Source of the DNA: Chiloscyllium plagiosum
Lineage: Eukaryota
Direction of reading: 5' to 3'
DNA: 64,000 nucleotides
Assembly (NCBI RefSeq): GCF_004010195.1
Contig: NC_057746.1
Span: forward strand, 7,811,697 to 7,875,696
The position numbers and the translations under genes are program-made. Shown one piece after another: positions 12,852-25,660 of this stretch. How positions within the stretch are numbered: the first letter of the stretch is position 1; every line of letters begins with the position of its first letter. Under the pieces are notes generated by a model. That model worked only from the letters and a program-made list of their open reading frames with translations. It had not been told where the DNA came from and did no database searches.

Positions 12852-15038
12852 TGAATGCCCGGTTCCTGCATGAATGGTGAAAGAATCGAATCCTTCCACC
12901 ATGTGTCAGTTACAGACCACTAGTCAACAACCCACAAGCCAGGGACACAGCCAGACAGAACGGATTCAGGATGATCCAGGTAATGATTCCAGACGCTCAC
13001 AACAGACTTCACAAATACAGACAAGAAATTGCGCGTCAAAAATCGTTAATTTCGAAAACCACCAATCAGGAATGGACCCAGACCATAGACCAGGCCGTCA
13101 CCATAGTACAGAACAGGACCACACACCGCAAAAAAACGGCACTAAAAGAAAAAATGGCCAAACTAACACACAACAGAGAGGACACCACAACACACACCTG
13201 GGTTAGAAACCTCTCCCACAGATAGCTCACAGATACGGAAAGAACAATACTGGCCAAGGGACTCAACTACAACCACAGGGACGCCAAGGCAGTAGACTTC
13301 CTAGCGGCACTAGAATGTACACTCAGGAACAATGGACTGACAGAAGAGACACAACAAACAGTGAGACAAAGTACCGTACCCCGATAACAAGGAAAATACA
13401 AACACATAACCTCAACACCAAGGACAGGGAAGCATTAAAAACACTAAGAAACGATAAGAACATAATCATACTACCAGCAGACAAAGGCAGAATGACGGTC
13501 ATCCTGGACAAAGCAGACGACATCCAAAAAGCACAACAACTACTTGCAGATACCAACACGTACCAAAAGAGGGAGTTTGACCTCACCCCACAGCTCATAG
13601 GATAAACAACACACTGAGGAATCTACAAAAAGACGGACAGATAACCAGGCTTGACCTACAAAGAATGAAACCTGAAAGTAACAACACCCCCAGATTCTAT
13701 GTACTACCTAAAGTGCACAAACCAGACATCCCACTCAGACTCATAGTATCATTACCAGGGACACCATCACACAAACTGGCTAAAGAACTACAGCAGAAAC
13801 TGAAACACCTGATCAGCGGATTCAGACAGTCTATACAATCAACACAGGAATTCTTGGACATCATCAGAAATATACACNNNNNNATTGCTGTGCTCTTCCA
13901 GCACCACTGATCCAGAATCTGGTTTCCAGTATCTGCAGTCATTGTTTTTATCCCAAACAGGATAGGGAATCTATCAACAAAGACGGCATACTCAAACTAC
14001 TGGACCTGTGCCTCACAACACACTTCACAATCAACATCCAAATATATTAAACCTATCAACAAAGACGGCATACTCAAACTACTGGACCTGTGCCTCACAA
14101 CACACTTCACAATCAACATCCAAATATATGAACAAATCAGCGGCACACCCATGGGCTCACACATCTCTGGACTCATAGCAGAAGCGGTAATGCAAGGATT
14201 AGAACAAACAGTCTTACCACAAATTCAACCCAAACTCTGGGTCAGATATGTGGATGACATCTTTGTAATCATTAAAAACACAGAAATAGAGAACACAAAC
14301 CGGATCATCAACGCCACACTCACAGGAATCCGATTCACGAGAGAGGAAGAAAAGGACAACCAACTCCCATTCCTAGACGTGATGGTACAGAGAACACCTA
14401 ACGGAGAATTCACCACAAAGGTATACAGGAAAGCCACACACACAGAACACGTCCTGAACTACGACAGCAACCACCCCAACACACACAAAAGAAGTTGCAT
14501 CAAGACACTATTCAAAAGGGCCACAAAACACTGCAGCACACCAGAACTGCAAAAGGAGGAAGAAGAATACCTATACAATGCATTCGCCAAAAATGGATAC
14601 CCGCGCAATTTCATCAACAGATGCCTAAGGGAAAGACAACGGAACGAGGAAATGCCGCAACCCAAAGGACTAGCCACACTGCCATACGTCAAGAGCATTT
14701 CCGAACTGACAGCCAGACTACTGCGACCACTAGGACTCATAACAGCACATAAACCAACAGCCACTCTCAGACAACAACTCACCAGAACGAAGGACCCAAT
14801 ACCCAGCATGAGCAAAACCGCCACTGCAGCGGACAGCTGGAACTGACAACCGGAAGCGGCAGATTCAAACCACTACAACTGCCGAAGGAAACACCACAGA
14901 AGCGCTTCACAGGAGGCTCCCAAGCACTGAGAATGTCACCTAGACAGGGGACGAAACGTCTGCAACACAAATTCCCAGCTCGGTGAACAGAACTACAGCA
15001 ACGAGCACCCGAGCTACAAATCTTCTCACAAACTTTGA
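12852..15038 (+). mobile_element. Penelope-like element (Poseidon-type) with RT, GIY-YIG deleted, 12-bp TSD
   Basis: ILPADKGR, PRFYVLPKVHKPDIPLRLIV, GTPMGS, WVRYVDD, LPFLDV, VYRKATHT motifs. TSD ATGCCTGCTTTC at 12840-12851 and 15039-15050. Assembly gap at 13878-13883. Confidence 0.92.
14924..14963 (+). ncRNA. Minimal type I hammerhead ribozyme motif (one core mismatch)
   Basis: GCA-CTGAGAA-TGTCACCTAGACAGGGGAC-GAAAC-GTC-TGC: stem I GCA/TGC, stem II, palindromic ACGT in place of stem III. Confidence 0.65.
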
Positions 15039-15479
15039 ATGCCTGCTTTCATTGCTCAGACCATTGAGTGTAGGAGTTGCACGTCATGTTGAAGTTGTAC
15101 AGGACATTGATGAGGCCACTTTTGGAGTACTGTGTATAGTTTGAGTCAACCTGCTTTGTGAAGCATGTTATCAAGTTGGAGACGGTTCTGCAAAGATTTA
15201 CGAGGATGGCGTCTGAAGTGGAGGATTTGTCTTATACAAACAGGCAGGATAGGCTGGGACTGTTTTGACTGGAGTAAAGAAGATTGAGGGGTGACATTTT
15301 GAAGATTTACAAAATCGTGAGGGACATAGATAAGGTGAATAGCAAAGGTCTTTTTCCTAGGACGGTGGAGTTCAAAACTAGGCACCATATTTTTAAGAAA
15401 AAAAAGTTTTAAAAAGGACATATTTATTTCTAATTTATTTCTAAATACAGACAGCGGCTCATGTGCGGAATGAATTTGA

Positions 15480-15803
15480 CTAAATTAGATTCCCACAGTA
15501 TAGAAACAGGCCCTTCGGCCCAACAAATCCACACCACCCTCCGAAGAGTAACCCACCCAGACTCATTCCCCTACATTTACCCCTGACTAATGTATGGACT
15601 GCTATAGGCAATTTAGCGTGGCCAATTCACCTGACCTGAGCACCTTTGGATTGTGGGACGAAACCAGAGCACTCAGCGGAAACCCACGCAGACACAGGGA
15701 GAATGTGTAAGCTCCACAAAGACAGTCACCCAAGGTGGGAATCGAATCCGGGTCCCTGGTGCTATGAGGCAGCAGAGCTAACCAGTGAGCCACTGTGCCG
15801 CCC
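15480..15803 (-). mobile_element. V-SINE (HE1-like)
   Basis: Reverse complement of the SINE head, V-domain and tail. Confidence 0.9.
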
Positions 15804-17637
15804 CACACCCAAAACTCCAACCACAACCCCCACGCTCCCCCCAACCAAAGGAAATGGTGGATATGCGCATAATTACAACGTCTAAAAGACAGTTGGATAA
15901 GTGGATGAATAGGCAAGGTTTGGAGGGTCATGCGCAGGCAGGTAGTACTTTGGGAACATGTTCAGAGTAGACGAGTTGGACAAAAGGGTCTATTTCCGTG
16001 CTGCATGACTCAATGACTTTGCATGAAAAATAACAAACCAATACATTACTCAGTTAAATATTCGAGTGTCACCCATGCTGTGAAGTAGTGTTAATTCTTA
16101 TTTTACATGTTACCCAGGTGTTTTGAATAACAGGAGTTTATTCTGATTGTTTATTAAGTTTAAGTATCCTGTTATATAATGAATGATCTCCTCAAGCTTT
16201 AGTCACTATCAATGTGCCTGCATTAATTTCAAGCCAAATTAGTGTTCTACTTTGGGATAATTTCTGAAAGTTTCATGATTCCATAGATCCTCAGCCACAA
16301 AGACCTAATGACCAGTCAATGACTATAATGGGGATTTTACCAAACAGTGTTTGTGGAAACCAGCACAAATATGGACTTGTGGAAATCTCCCTCGTTATTT
16401 CATACAGAGCTACCAAATAAGATATAACTGCAACAGGTCTGCAAGGAGCCTTCAAATTGTTTAGATTTCACTCTTTAAATCTTTAGATTTCATTATTCAA
16501 TGATAATTGAGAACAATTCTATTAAACAATTCTTTGAAAAATCCTTTGTCTAATTTTCTAAGTCAACGTCTGTTTGACTATATAGGTTATATGGCAGTTA
16601 ATTTGTCTCGTGTACATTTTATAGAAGCTGTAATATGAGAAATACTGCTATTTTGTTTTAACTACATTGATGCTTGAAATGCATAACATGTCCGTGCATT
16701 GTTAAATCTTGTAAATAAAATGCTTGATCATGATTTCATGATGAATTTCTTCTAAAAGCTGGGAGGAATTGCAACATTTCCAACAATTGTTTGCAAAGGT
16801 TTCATTCCCAACCCTGACAGGCCATGGTACCATGATCCCATTGCTTCTTCAATAAAGCTTTGTGCCTCTGTGAAGAAGAGGATGTTTTCTCATGATCGCG
16901 AAATGTTAGCATAGCTAATGACATTGAAAAATGTAGCAGCAGTTACAGAAACCAACATTTCATTACTTCAACAGTTGGCATTTGGGAGCCAGATACTGAA
17001 ATTCTTCATAATGAGTGCAACAGTCACCTACATCGAGGTGTTTGAGTGTGCCATAGAACTCGCTGACATAAGATATGATAGCACAGTCCTCAATCCATTA
17101 CGTTTAAATACTTTTCGAAATGCGAATGTGGATCCAGCTAGTCCTTTGATCTGAGATTCAAACATATTTTGCCATATTCTCAGGAGTTGCTGTCTATGAA
17201 TTTCACTTGCTGAGTTTGTAATTTGTTACTTAACCATCACTTTCACCCAATCACTTCGCAGGTTATTTGATGAAGAAATTGACCCTGAAACTCCTCCAAG
17301 GGCCGAGCTGTCAGTGAGGAGGGGACACAAGCAACAAAATGAAGGAATCTCTCAAACTGCCCATTTTCCTTGCAGTGGGCTTCACTGAGGACCTTTGATA
17401 TCCAGAAATTGTACCAGAGCAGCTACGAACTCTTGGATGGTTGGATGTGGGAATGTGTAAACCACACTGCAGACAGAATCATCTCTCTCCAATAGTTCCA
17501 TCATGAAGCCAGACAAGAACTCGGAGGGTTGCTGGATGTACTGGACCTAAACACAATCTTCTTCTCAGAGACTCCTGTAAAGGCCATCTCACCAAGCTTC
17601 AGTAACACATCACGGGAATCTTCAATCTCTCGACCAT

Positions 17638-17701
17638 TAGATTAGATTACATTAGATTACATTACAGTGTGGAAACAGGCCCTTCGGCCCAACAAGTCCA
17701 C
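17638..17701 (-). mobile_element. 64-bp SINE/CR1 3' tail flanked by a 59-bp direct duplication
   Basis: TAGATTAGATTAC...CAGTGTGGAAACAGGCCCTTCGGCCCAACAAGTCCAC between identical 17579-17637 and 17702-17760. Confidence 0.9.
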
Positions 17702-18466
17702 AAAGGCCATCTCACCAAGCTTCAGTAACACATCACGGGAATCTTCAATCTCTCGACCATGGTTTTCCGAATGTTATAAATATAGCAGGAATAGAGCTGG
17801 GTGATAGTACTGGGAACTTGCTGCTGTTTCATGTCTTTTTCTGTGAAAAGGAGACCCAGTGACAGACCGAGGATCCAGCAGTACGAAGGGTTACGAAGCA
17901 TGTGGTGTACAGGATCTCGTTCTCCTCCATGTGTCTGAAAAAAGCTGCTGTCACTGTCTGATCCTCAAAACGCCTGCTGAAATATTCCTTCCGCTTATCA
18001 CCAACAAATCCCAGGATTTCAGCCTAGACCCAGACACGGATCCCAGCCTATTCCAGTAAATTGGATGCAGTGGGACAGATGGTCACTAGCACTGAACATC
18101 TTGCGAGCAGCTTGTGCTGGATTACACTGTACACAATATCATACACTTCACACCAGAACTGAGGATCTGTATTTCTCTGACTGTCAGAAAAATCAACACT
18201 GTCTTTGAATTCATACAAACCATTGAATGTAAACAGCAAACCCTTTGGTTCTTCCAGACCTCTCCCTGAACATTCCCAAAGTAAGGATAATGATCCAGTA
18301 TCAGGTTCCTCAGGTTTTTTGACAGTTAATAGTGTTCAAATCCGGAAATTTAACACTGAAAACAAATGCAAATTCTGTATGTATTTTCCCACTTGCCCAG
18401 TCATAAACAACCTATTGTTCCATTATTGCTTTTCCGATCCCTGGGTTGCAATCACTGTTACCGTAC

Positions 18467-20092
18467 ATGCATTGACATAAGTAGCAAAGATGTGTTGTTA
18501 GGCTAGAGGTTGTTAAGGTGGAATAAACCCCAGGACCAGCAGCGATCTATCCAAGATCGCTGAGGGAGGCAAGAGGGGAAATAACTGGGGCTCTGACAGA
18601 TATATTTGTAGCATCCTTAAACACAGGTGAGTTGCCGGAGGACTGGAGAGTTGCCAATGTTACTCCCCCTGTTCAAGAAGCGTAGAAGGGATATTCCAGG
18701 TAACTACAGACCAGTGAGCCTGACGTCAGTTGTGAGGAAATTACTGGCGAAGGTACTGAGTGATAAAATCTATTTATGTTTGGAAAATATATTTATATTT
18801 GGCTTATCAGTAGCAGACAACATGGTTTTGTGTGGGGGTATCATAACTTGCCAACTTAATAGAGTTCTTTGAGGATGTGACCAAGCTGATAGATGAAGGA
18901 AGGGCTGTGGAAGATATATACATGGACTTTAGTTAGGCGTTTGATAAGGTTCTCCATGGTAAACTAATGGAGAAAGTGAAGTCACATGGTGTGCAGGGTG
19001 TTCTAGATGGGTGGATAAAGAATGTTTGAGCAATAGGAGATAGAGAGTAATAGTTGAAGGGAGTTTCTCGAAATGGAGAAAGGTAAAATCGGTGGTGTTC
19101 CACAGGGATCATTGTTGGGGCCAGTTTTTTTGTGATATATACAAATGATCTGGAAGAGGGCACTGTTGGTATGATCAGCAAGTTTGCAGATGACACCAAG
19201 ACTGGTGGAGTAGCAGAAAGCATAGGGGACTGACAAAAATACAAGGGAATATAGATAGACTTTTGATAGAGAGTTGGGTGGAGATGTGGCAGATGGAGTT
19301 CAATCCAGGTAAATGTAAGATGATGCATTTTGGGAAGTCTGATTCGAGAGCGAATTATATTGTAAACAAAAGAGCCTTGGGAAAAGTTGATGAACAGAGA
19401 GATCTGGGAGTTCAGGTTCATTGTACCCTGAAGTTTGCTGCAAAGGTGGATATAGTGGTCAAGAAGACATATGGTATGCTTGCCTTCATCAGACGGTTAT
19501 TGAGTACAAGAGCTGGCAAGTCATGTTAAAAGTGTACAAGACATTTGTTTGGCCGCATTTAGAATACTGTGTATAGTTCTAGTCGCCACATTTACAAAAA
19601 GATGTGGACGCTTTGGAGACAGTTTAGAGAAGGTTTATGAGGATGTTCTCTGGTATGGAAGGTGCTAGCTATGAAGAGAGGTTGTGTAAGTTAGGTTTGT
19701 TTTCATTAGATCCAAGCAGATCGAGAGGGGACTTGATTGAGGTTTACAAGATCATGAAGGGTATAGACAGGGTGGATAGAGACAAGCTTTTTCACAGGGT
19801 GAAGGATTCAGTAACGAAAGGTCATGCTGTCAAGGTGAGAGGTGAAAGATTAAGAGGGATACTCGCGGTAAGTACTTTACACAGAGGGTGATGGGTTGTG
19901 GAATGCGTTGCCAGCAGAGATAATAGTGGCAGGCACGGTAGACTCATTTAAGATGCGTCTGGACAGATGCATGATTAGGTGGGGAGCAGAGGGATGCAGA
20001 TGTTTAGGAATTGGGAAATAGTGAATTTGGATCGGCTCAGGCTTGGAGAGCTGAAGGGTCTGTTCATGGACTGTAAATTTTCTTTGTTCTTT
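18467..20092 (+). mobile_element. CR1 LINE inserted in the NACHT exon
   Basis: PGNYRPVSLTSVV, KFADDTK, WQMEFNPGKC, RGDLIEVYKIMKG; TCTTTGTTCTTT tail. Confidence 0.95.
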
Positions 20093-20619
20093 GTGCTCCC
20101 AGATATGGAATTACTCTGGGGATAAAAATTGCTTTGGAATAACTGATGAGTTTGTTTTTTTTTCCTAGTTCTCTCCAGAAATGTTTGTCTCTCTACACCT
20201 CAAGATCTTGGCCTCTTACGAGCAGTTCATCATCCATAAATGCCCGATCTCATATGTTAACGATCAGCAGTAACTCAGTGTATTAATCCACCAGCTCAAA
20301 AGTGTTCACCACCTCAGTTACTGGGACCGTGTTCACTCAGGTTTCCAGTTTGCACCTGGAGCATCACCTTGTATTTCTACTGATGAATTATCCACTATTG
20401 AATAAATTGTTGTCGATTTTATTTACAGCTCCAATCAATCTATGTGCAGCAATTAAAGATGTTGAGTAAGGTCATGTCCAAGTCATTCTCAGGTTGTCAA
20501 GCTGTTACCAGAAGGATCAGTTCTTGGCCACTGCAGTTCACAATGATTTGGATGTGGGGGCCATTTACAATATTTTCAAATTTGCAAATGACAAAATCGC
20601 TTAGTGGGATTGCACTTAG

Positions 20620-21845
20620 TGGGACACACACACACGCACGCACACACTCAGATTCTGTCTCATGTACTCACAAATTCATTCCAACACACGCCTCCTCACA
20701 GACTTAGACCCCTTTACCCTCACACTCACACGCATGCACACACCCTCTCACAGACACTCATAATCCCCCACCCTCTCACAGACACTCATAATCCCCGCCC
20801 CCCAACCCCGCCCCCCACACACCTACAAGTACACATACACATATAAGTTTGTGGGGTTAATTTGTACTTGTAGAATTACATTTTACTTTGCTCAAAACCT
20901 GCATGAATCCATGGAAGATTCCGTAAATCTTTTTTTTTTCAGAATCAGTCCGACCTTTGTGGCACAGACAACCTAACAGGGAGTTAACACCTACAATACC
21001 TTATCTCGGTCGACATGACACCAACTGTTAAAATGCACTTGAGAACGTAACCTTTAAAAAAGGTTTTGCGATTTACATATGAAAACACTGACATCAACAT
21101 GACCATTCTAAAAGATGAGTGTGAGGTTGTCAATTTTGGAAAGACAAATAAGAATGCGGAATACAGGGTTAACGGTAGGGTTCTTAGTGTGGTTGCCTGG
21201 AATGGAGAATAGGTCGTGCGAGGATAGGTTGAGAGTGCTAGGCCTTTATCTCATTGGAACGGCGAAGGATGAGGGGTGACTTGATAGAGGTGTATAAGAT
21301 GATCAGAGGACTAGATAGAGTAGACAGTGAGAAACTTTTTCCCCGGGTACAAGAGAGTGTTACAAGGGGACATAAATTTAGGGTGAAGGGTGAAAGATAT
21401 AGGGGAGATGTCAGGGGTGGGTTCTTTACCCAGAGAGTGGTGGGGGCATGGAATGCGCTGCCTGTGGGAGTGGTAGAGTCAGAATCATTGGTAACCTTTA
21501 AGCGGCAATTGGATAGGTACATGGATGGGTGCTTAAGCTAGGACAAATGTTCGGCACAACATCGTGGGCCGAAGGGCCTGTTCTGTGCTGTATTGTTCTA
21601 TGTTCTATGTACTATGAGAGACTTAACAAACAATCCGGGTCTTTTTCAATATATAAATTCACTTACATCACACTGTAAACTTTTGCGATAAGTTCTGCAT
21701 CTTATAATGTCATTCTCCACAATCACCAGATGAAGGAGCAGCGCTCCAAAAGCTAGTGCTTCTAAATAAGCCTGTTAGACTATAACCTGATGTTGTGCGA
21801 ATTTTAACTTTGTGCACCCTAGTCCAACACCGGCATCTCTAAATC
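20620..21845 (+). mobile_element. Penelope (Neptune-like) non-coding terminal repeat with (CA)n, interrupted by a CR1
   Basis: Ends in a hammerhead-like motif (21724-21758) and ...CTAGTCCAACACCGGCATCTC; the two halves rejoin across the CR1 at the ATGAG duplication. Confidence 0.65.
21120..21612 (+). mobile_element. Young CR1 3' end with internal deletion
   Basis: ERRRMRGDLIEVYKMIRGLDRVD..FFTQRVVGAWNALP ORF; (TTCTATG)n tail; ATGAG on both sides. Confidence 0.9.
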
Positions 21846-22269
21846 TTAAAAGGGATAGAGAGAGTTAATGTAGAAAGCATCCATCACTGACAAGACACAA
21901 GTCAGTAAAGTGATGACATAATATCCAATTTGGCAGGATGAGCAACACTTGAAAAGCTTGACATTTGACAGGACAAATCAGCACGCCATGTTGTATCCCA
22001 TCCACAACCTGCAAATTCACTCTCTCCACCAACAAAATCCAGAGGCAACAGAAATCACAGCAATTACTCATCAAGGTTCTTTAGAGAGCACCTCACAGGC
22101 CTGCAACCTGTCTGATGCCAAAGAAAAAGGGCATCAGATATGTGGAACCATCTGAAAAGCCCCCTACATGTCACACACCATGAAGACTTGGAACGGGATT
22201 GCTGTTCTTTCACTGTTGACATCGAGTGGGTGATGTTTCCCCGACCAGGTAACGCACTGCCTGATCTCA

Positions 22270-22760
22270 GAGTCATACAGTATGAAAACATTCCCAAAAT
22301 ATGCGATCTGACCAGTTTCCTAAACCAAAATAGTCCCATTTTCCAGCATTTGGCCCACATTCCTCTAATCCATGTCCAGATCCATGTCCATGTCCATGTC
22401 CATGTCTTTTAAACGTTGCAATTGTACCAACTTCTACCACTTTCTTTGGCAGCTTGTTCCATATACACACACCTGTTTGTGAAAATATCACCCTCCGGGC
22501 CCTTTTAAATCGTTCCCTCTCACCTTAACCATATGTATGTTGTCTTGGGCTCTCTTAACCTGGTGAATATACTTTGGCTGTCACCTTACCTATGCCCCTC
22601 ATGATGTTATACATGTCTATAATGGTCACCCCTGAACCTCCAAGTGAGAAAGCACACCTTATCCAGCTTAGCCTTATAACTTAAACATTCTAGTCTCTGT
22701 GACATCCTAGTAAATCATTCTGCACCCTTTCAATTTAATAACATCCCTCCTAAAGTGAGA
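22270..22760 (-). mobile_element. CR1 3' end
   Basis: IWNKLPKKVVEVGTIATFKRH; internal (CATGTC)n expansion. Confidence 0.8.
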
Positions 22761-23064
22761 TAACCTAATAATATAATCTAATCCTTCTGATCTCATTAAG
22801 CTTTTGGTACACACATGGAAAAAGAGATGATTTCCAGGCCTAAGTGACAGGGACTGCCTTTGACGAAAAGGTCACATTTGACTGAGGCATCAAGGAGCCC
22901 TACCTTTTTTCTGGATAGTGTCTTTGGCCCAACCATATTTAGTTGCTACACCAACCAGCTTTCTTCCATCATAAGGTCAGACGTAGGACACTCACTAATG
23001 GTTGTAAAATGCACAGAACCATTTGCAACTCCTGATTTACTCAAACATTCATTGTATAAATAGA

Positions 23065-24650
23065 GTAATAGAGTCATAGAGATGTACAGCATGGAAATTG
23101 ACACTTCGGTTCAAATCGTCCATGCTGAAAAGATATCCTAACGAAATCTCGTCCCATTTGTCAGCACTTGGCCCATATCCCTCAAAACACTTGCTGTTTA
23201 TGTATCCATCTGGGTGCCTTTATATGCTTTAATTGTACCAGCCTTCACCACTTCCATACATGCATTATCCTCATCATGATAACTTTGCATAGTTAGATCC
23301 CTTTTAAATCTTTCCCTCTTACCGTAATCGTATGCCCTCTATCCTGGACTCCCCCACCCGAGGGAAAATAAATTGTCTGCTTTCCCTATCCATGTCCCCC
23401 GTGACTTTATGAACCTCTATAAGGTCACCCCTCAGCCTCCAACGCTTTAAAGAAAACAGCCCCAGCCTACTCAGCTTCTCCCGATAGGTCAAATCCTCCC
23501 ACCCTGGCATCATCTTTGTAAATCTTTTCTGAACCCTTTCAAATTTCACAACATCCTTCCAATATGAAGAGACAAGAATTGCACACAATATTCAAAACGT
23601 GGCCCAACCCAATTCATGTACAGCCGCAACACGACCTCCCAACTCCTATACTCAATACTCTGACAAATAAAAGAAAGCAATACAAATGCCTTCTTCACTA
23701 TCCTCGCTACCTGTGACTCCATTCCCAAGGAGCTATGAACCTGTACTCCAGGGTCTCTTTGTTCAGCAATACTCCCTCGGATCTTATTATTAAGTGTTAA
23801 AGTTCTGCTAAGATTTGCTTTTCCAAAATGCAGCACGTTACATTTATTTAAATTCTAAATTTTCTCCATCTCCCACTCATTAGCCCATTGGCTCATCTGA
23901 TCAAGGTCCTTTTGTAATCTGAGATAACCGTCTCTGCTGTCTACTACACCTCCAGTTTTGGTGTCATCTTCAAACTTGCTAACCATCCCTCGCTTACGCA
24001 CATCCAAATCATTTACATAAATGATGAAGAGCAGTGGAACCAGCACCAATTCTTGTGGCACACCACTGGTCACAGGCCTCCAGTCTGAAAAGCAACCGTC
24101 CACCACCACCCTCTGTCTTCTACCTTTGACCCACTGCTGTATCCAAATGGCTAGTTCTCTCTGTATTCCATGAGATCTAACCTTGCTAACCCGTCTCCCA
24201 TAGGAACCTTATCAAATGCCTTAATTAAGTCCATGTGATCACGTCCACTGCTCTGCCCTCATCAATCTTTTTGTTATTTCTTCCAAAGACTCAATCAAGT
24301 TGTGAGACATGATTTCCCATTCACTAAGCCATGTTGACTATCCCTAATCAGTCTTTGCCTTTCCAAATGCATTTGCATCCTGTCCCTCAGGATTCCCTGC
24401 AACAACCTGCCCACCACCGATGTCAGGCTCGCCAGTCTGTAATTCCCTGGCTTTTCGTTACTACCTTTCTTAAATAGTGGCATCAAATTGGCTAACCTCC
24501 AAACTTCTGGGAGCTCATCAGTGACTATCGATTACACACATTTCTCAGCAAGAGGCCCATCAATCACTTCCCTAGCTTCCCACTGAGTTCGAGGATACAC
24601 CTGATCAGGTGTTGCTGATTTATCCAACTTTATGCATTTTAAGACTCTCA
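23065..24650 (-). mobile_element. CR1 LINE RT region
   Basis: PGNYRLASLTSVVG, PVTSGVPQ, KFEDDTK, RLRGDLIEV; (GAGTCATA)-type tail. Confidence 0.95.
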
Positions 24651-24699
24651 TTATCTCATTTATGAAGCCTTTCCATTTTCTAGCCGTCCCTTTATCTGC

Positions 24700-24990
24700 G
24701 AACATCCGCTGTTGGAAGATGTGGACACTATCCAGGCTTGACCTGGCAATGTTGTAATGCTGGGCGATGAGAGCAGTGTGTCATTCAGATCTTTTGTTGG
24801 TGTTATCCATCAGGTTACTGACGTTCCAGCTCCCAAAATTAATTTGGCGATGGGGCAGAGTTGAGATGGAAGCTGCCTGTTTGAGGATTCCTTTAACGTG
24901 GAGTGGTCACTACACATCAACCATCACATGGTCCCAATGACGGTAGGTCTGGAGCTAATGGCAGGGAAAGTCCCAGAAAATTGAAGACCA
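24700..24990 (-). mobile_element. RTE-clade LINE 5' relic (endonuclease N-terminus)
   Basis: Minus translation NFGSWNVSNLMDNTNKRSE*HTALIA. Confidence 0.5.
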
Positions 24991-25011
24991 AGCTCTGCTT
25001 CAGGAATCTGG

Positions 25012-25178
25012 TTCGAAAAGTGTGGTGCTGGAAAAGTACAGCAGGTCAGGGAGCATCCGAGGAGCAGGAGAATCGACATTTAGTTAATGTCAAGGGCTTA
25101 TGCCTGAAACGTTGACTCTCCTGCTCCTCGGATGCTGCGTGACCTGCTGTGCTTTTCCAGCTGCACGCTCTCGGTTCT
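25012..25178. mobile_element. Fold-back Penelope-terminus element, degenerate centre
   Basis: GCTGGAAAAGTACAGCAGGTCA...GAGGAGCAGGAGA mirrored by TCTCCTGCTCCTC...TGACCTGCTGTGCTTTTCCAGC. Confidence 0.8.
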
Positions 25179-25660
25179 GTCACCATCATGAGCAGTTCTC
25201 ACTGTCTCCTCCGATTTAGGACCATGTTGGACTTGTTTGAACAGGGATTAAATAAATCGTGTTTGGGTAATCTGAGATTAATTGAGGGTAAAGAAGCCTG
25301 TGACGAAGCTGAGCCATTGATTTTTGCCTTTTTCTGGCAGACCCTGTTCTGAGCTCATGGACAAACCTATTTGTCCTTCTCAAGGAGTGTTTGAAAGAAC
25401 TTCTCAGCACTGTAATTTCTGAGCATGCAGTGTCTGCCAAGACCACGGAAGGAACTGCTCACGTCATGAGCATTGACTACAAAATCCAAAATTCAATTAG
25501 AGATGATATGAACATTGCAATTACAATCATTTATTTTCACTCCAAGGACAGTGAGTGGGTTATGAATGACAGGAGAAAGCTAACTGAAGGAACAATGTGG
25601 CAGATATATTTGAAAAATAAACACACAACAGCGTCTCCATGGAATCCCATAAGAAAGAAA

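Larger units (their letters stand above)
12340..16020 (+). mobile_element. CR1 LINE 3' part hosting two SINEs and a Penelope element
   Basis: CR1 ORF2 pieces at 12340-12420, 12715-12851, 15039-15480 and 15845-16020 are collinear. Confidence 0.8.
16967..20394 (-). pseudogene. NACHT-domain NLR (shark NLRP3/NLRC3-like) pseudogene, large NACHT exon split by a CR1
   Basis: 5' part (20394-20093): FELVD*YTELLL..DELLVRGQDLE..QLFQSNF..SGST. Resumes at 18466 with VTVIA/PGIGKAIM..VVYDWASGKI..GLLFTFNGLYEFK..CSVLVT..AEILGFVG..NPSYCWIL..FPHPTIQEFVAAL..LKHLDV, ending at a GT donor near 16966. Multiple stops and frameshifts. Confidence 0.9.

Noticed and set aside
14151-14846. Domesticated or telomerase-like RT gene
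   Set aside because: Lies within a TSD-flanked Penelope insertion with upstream stops and frameshifts.
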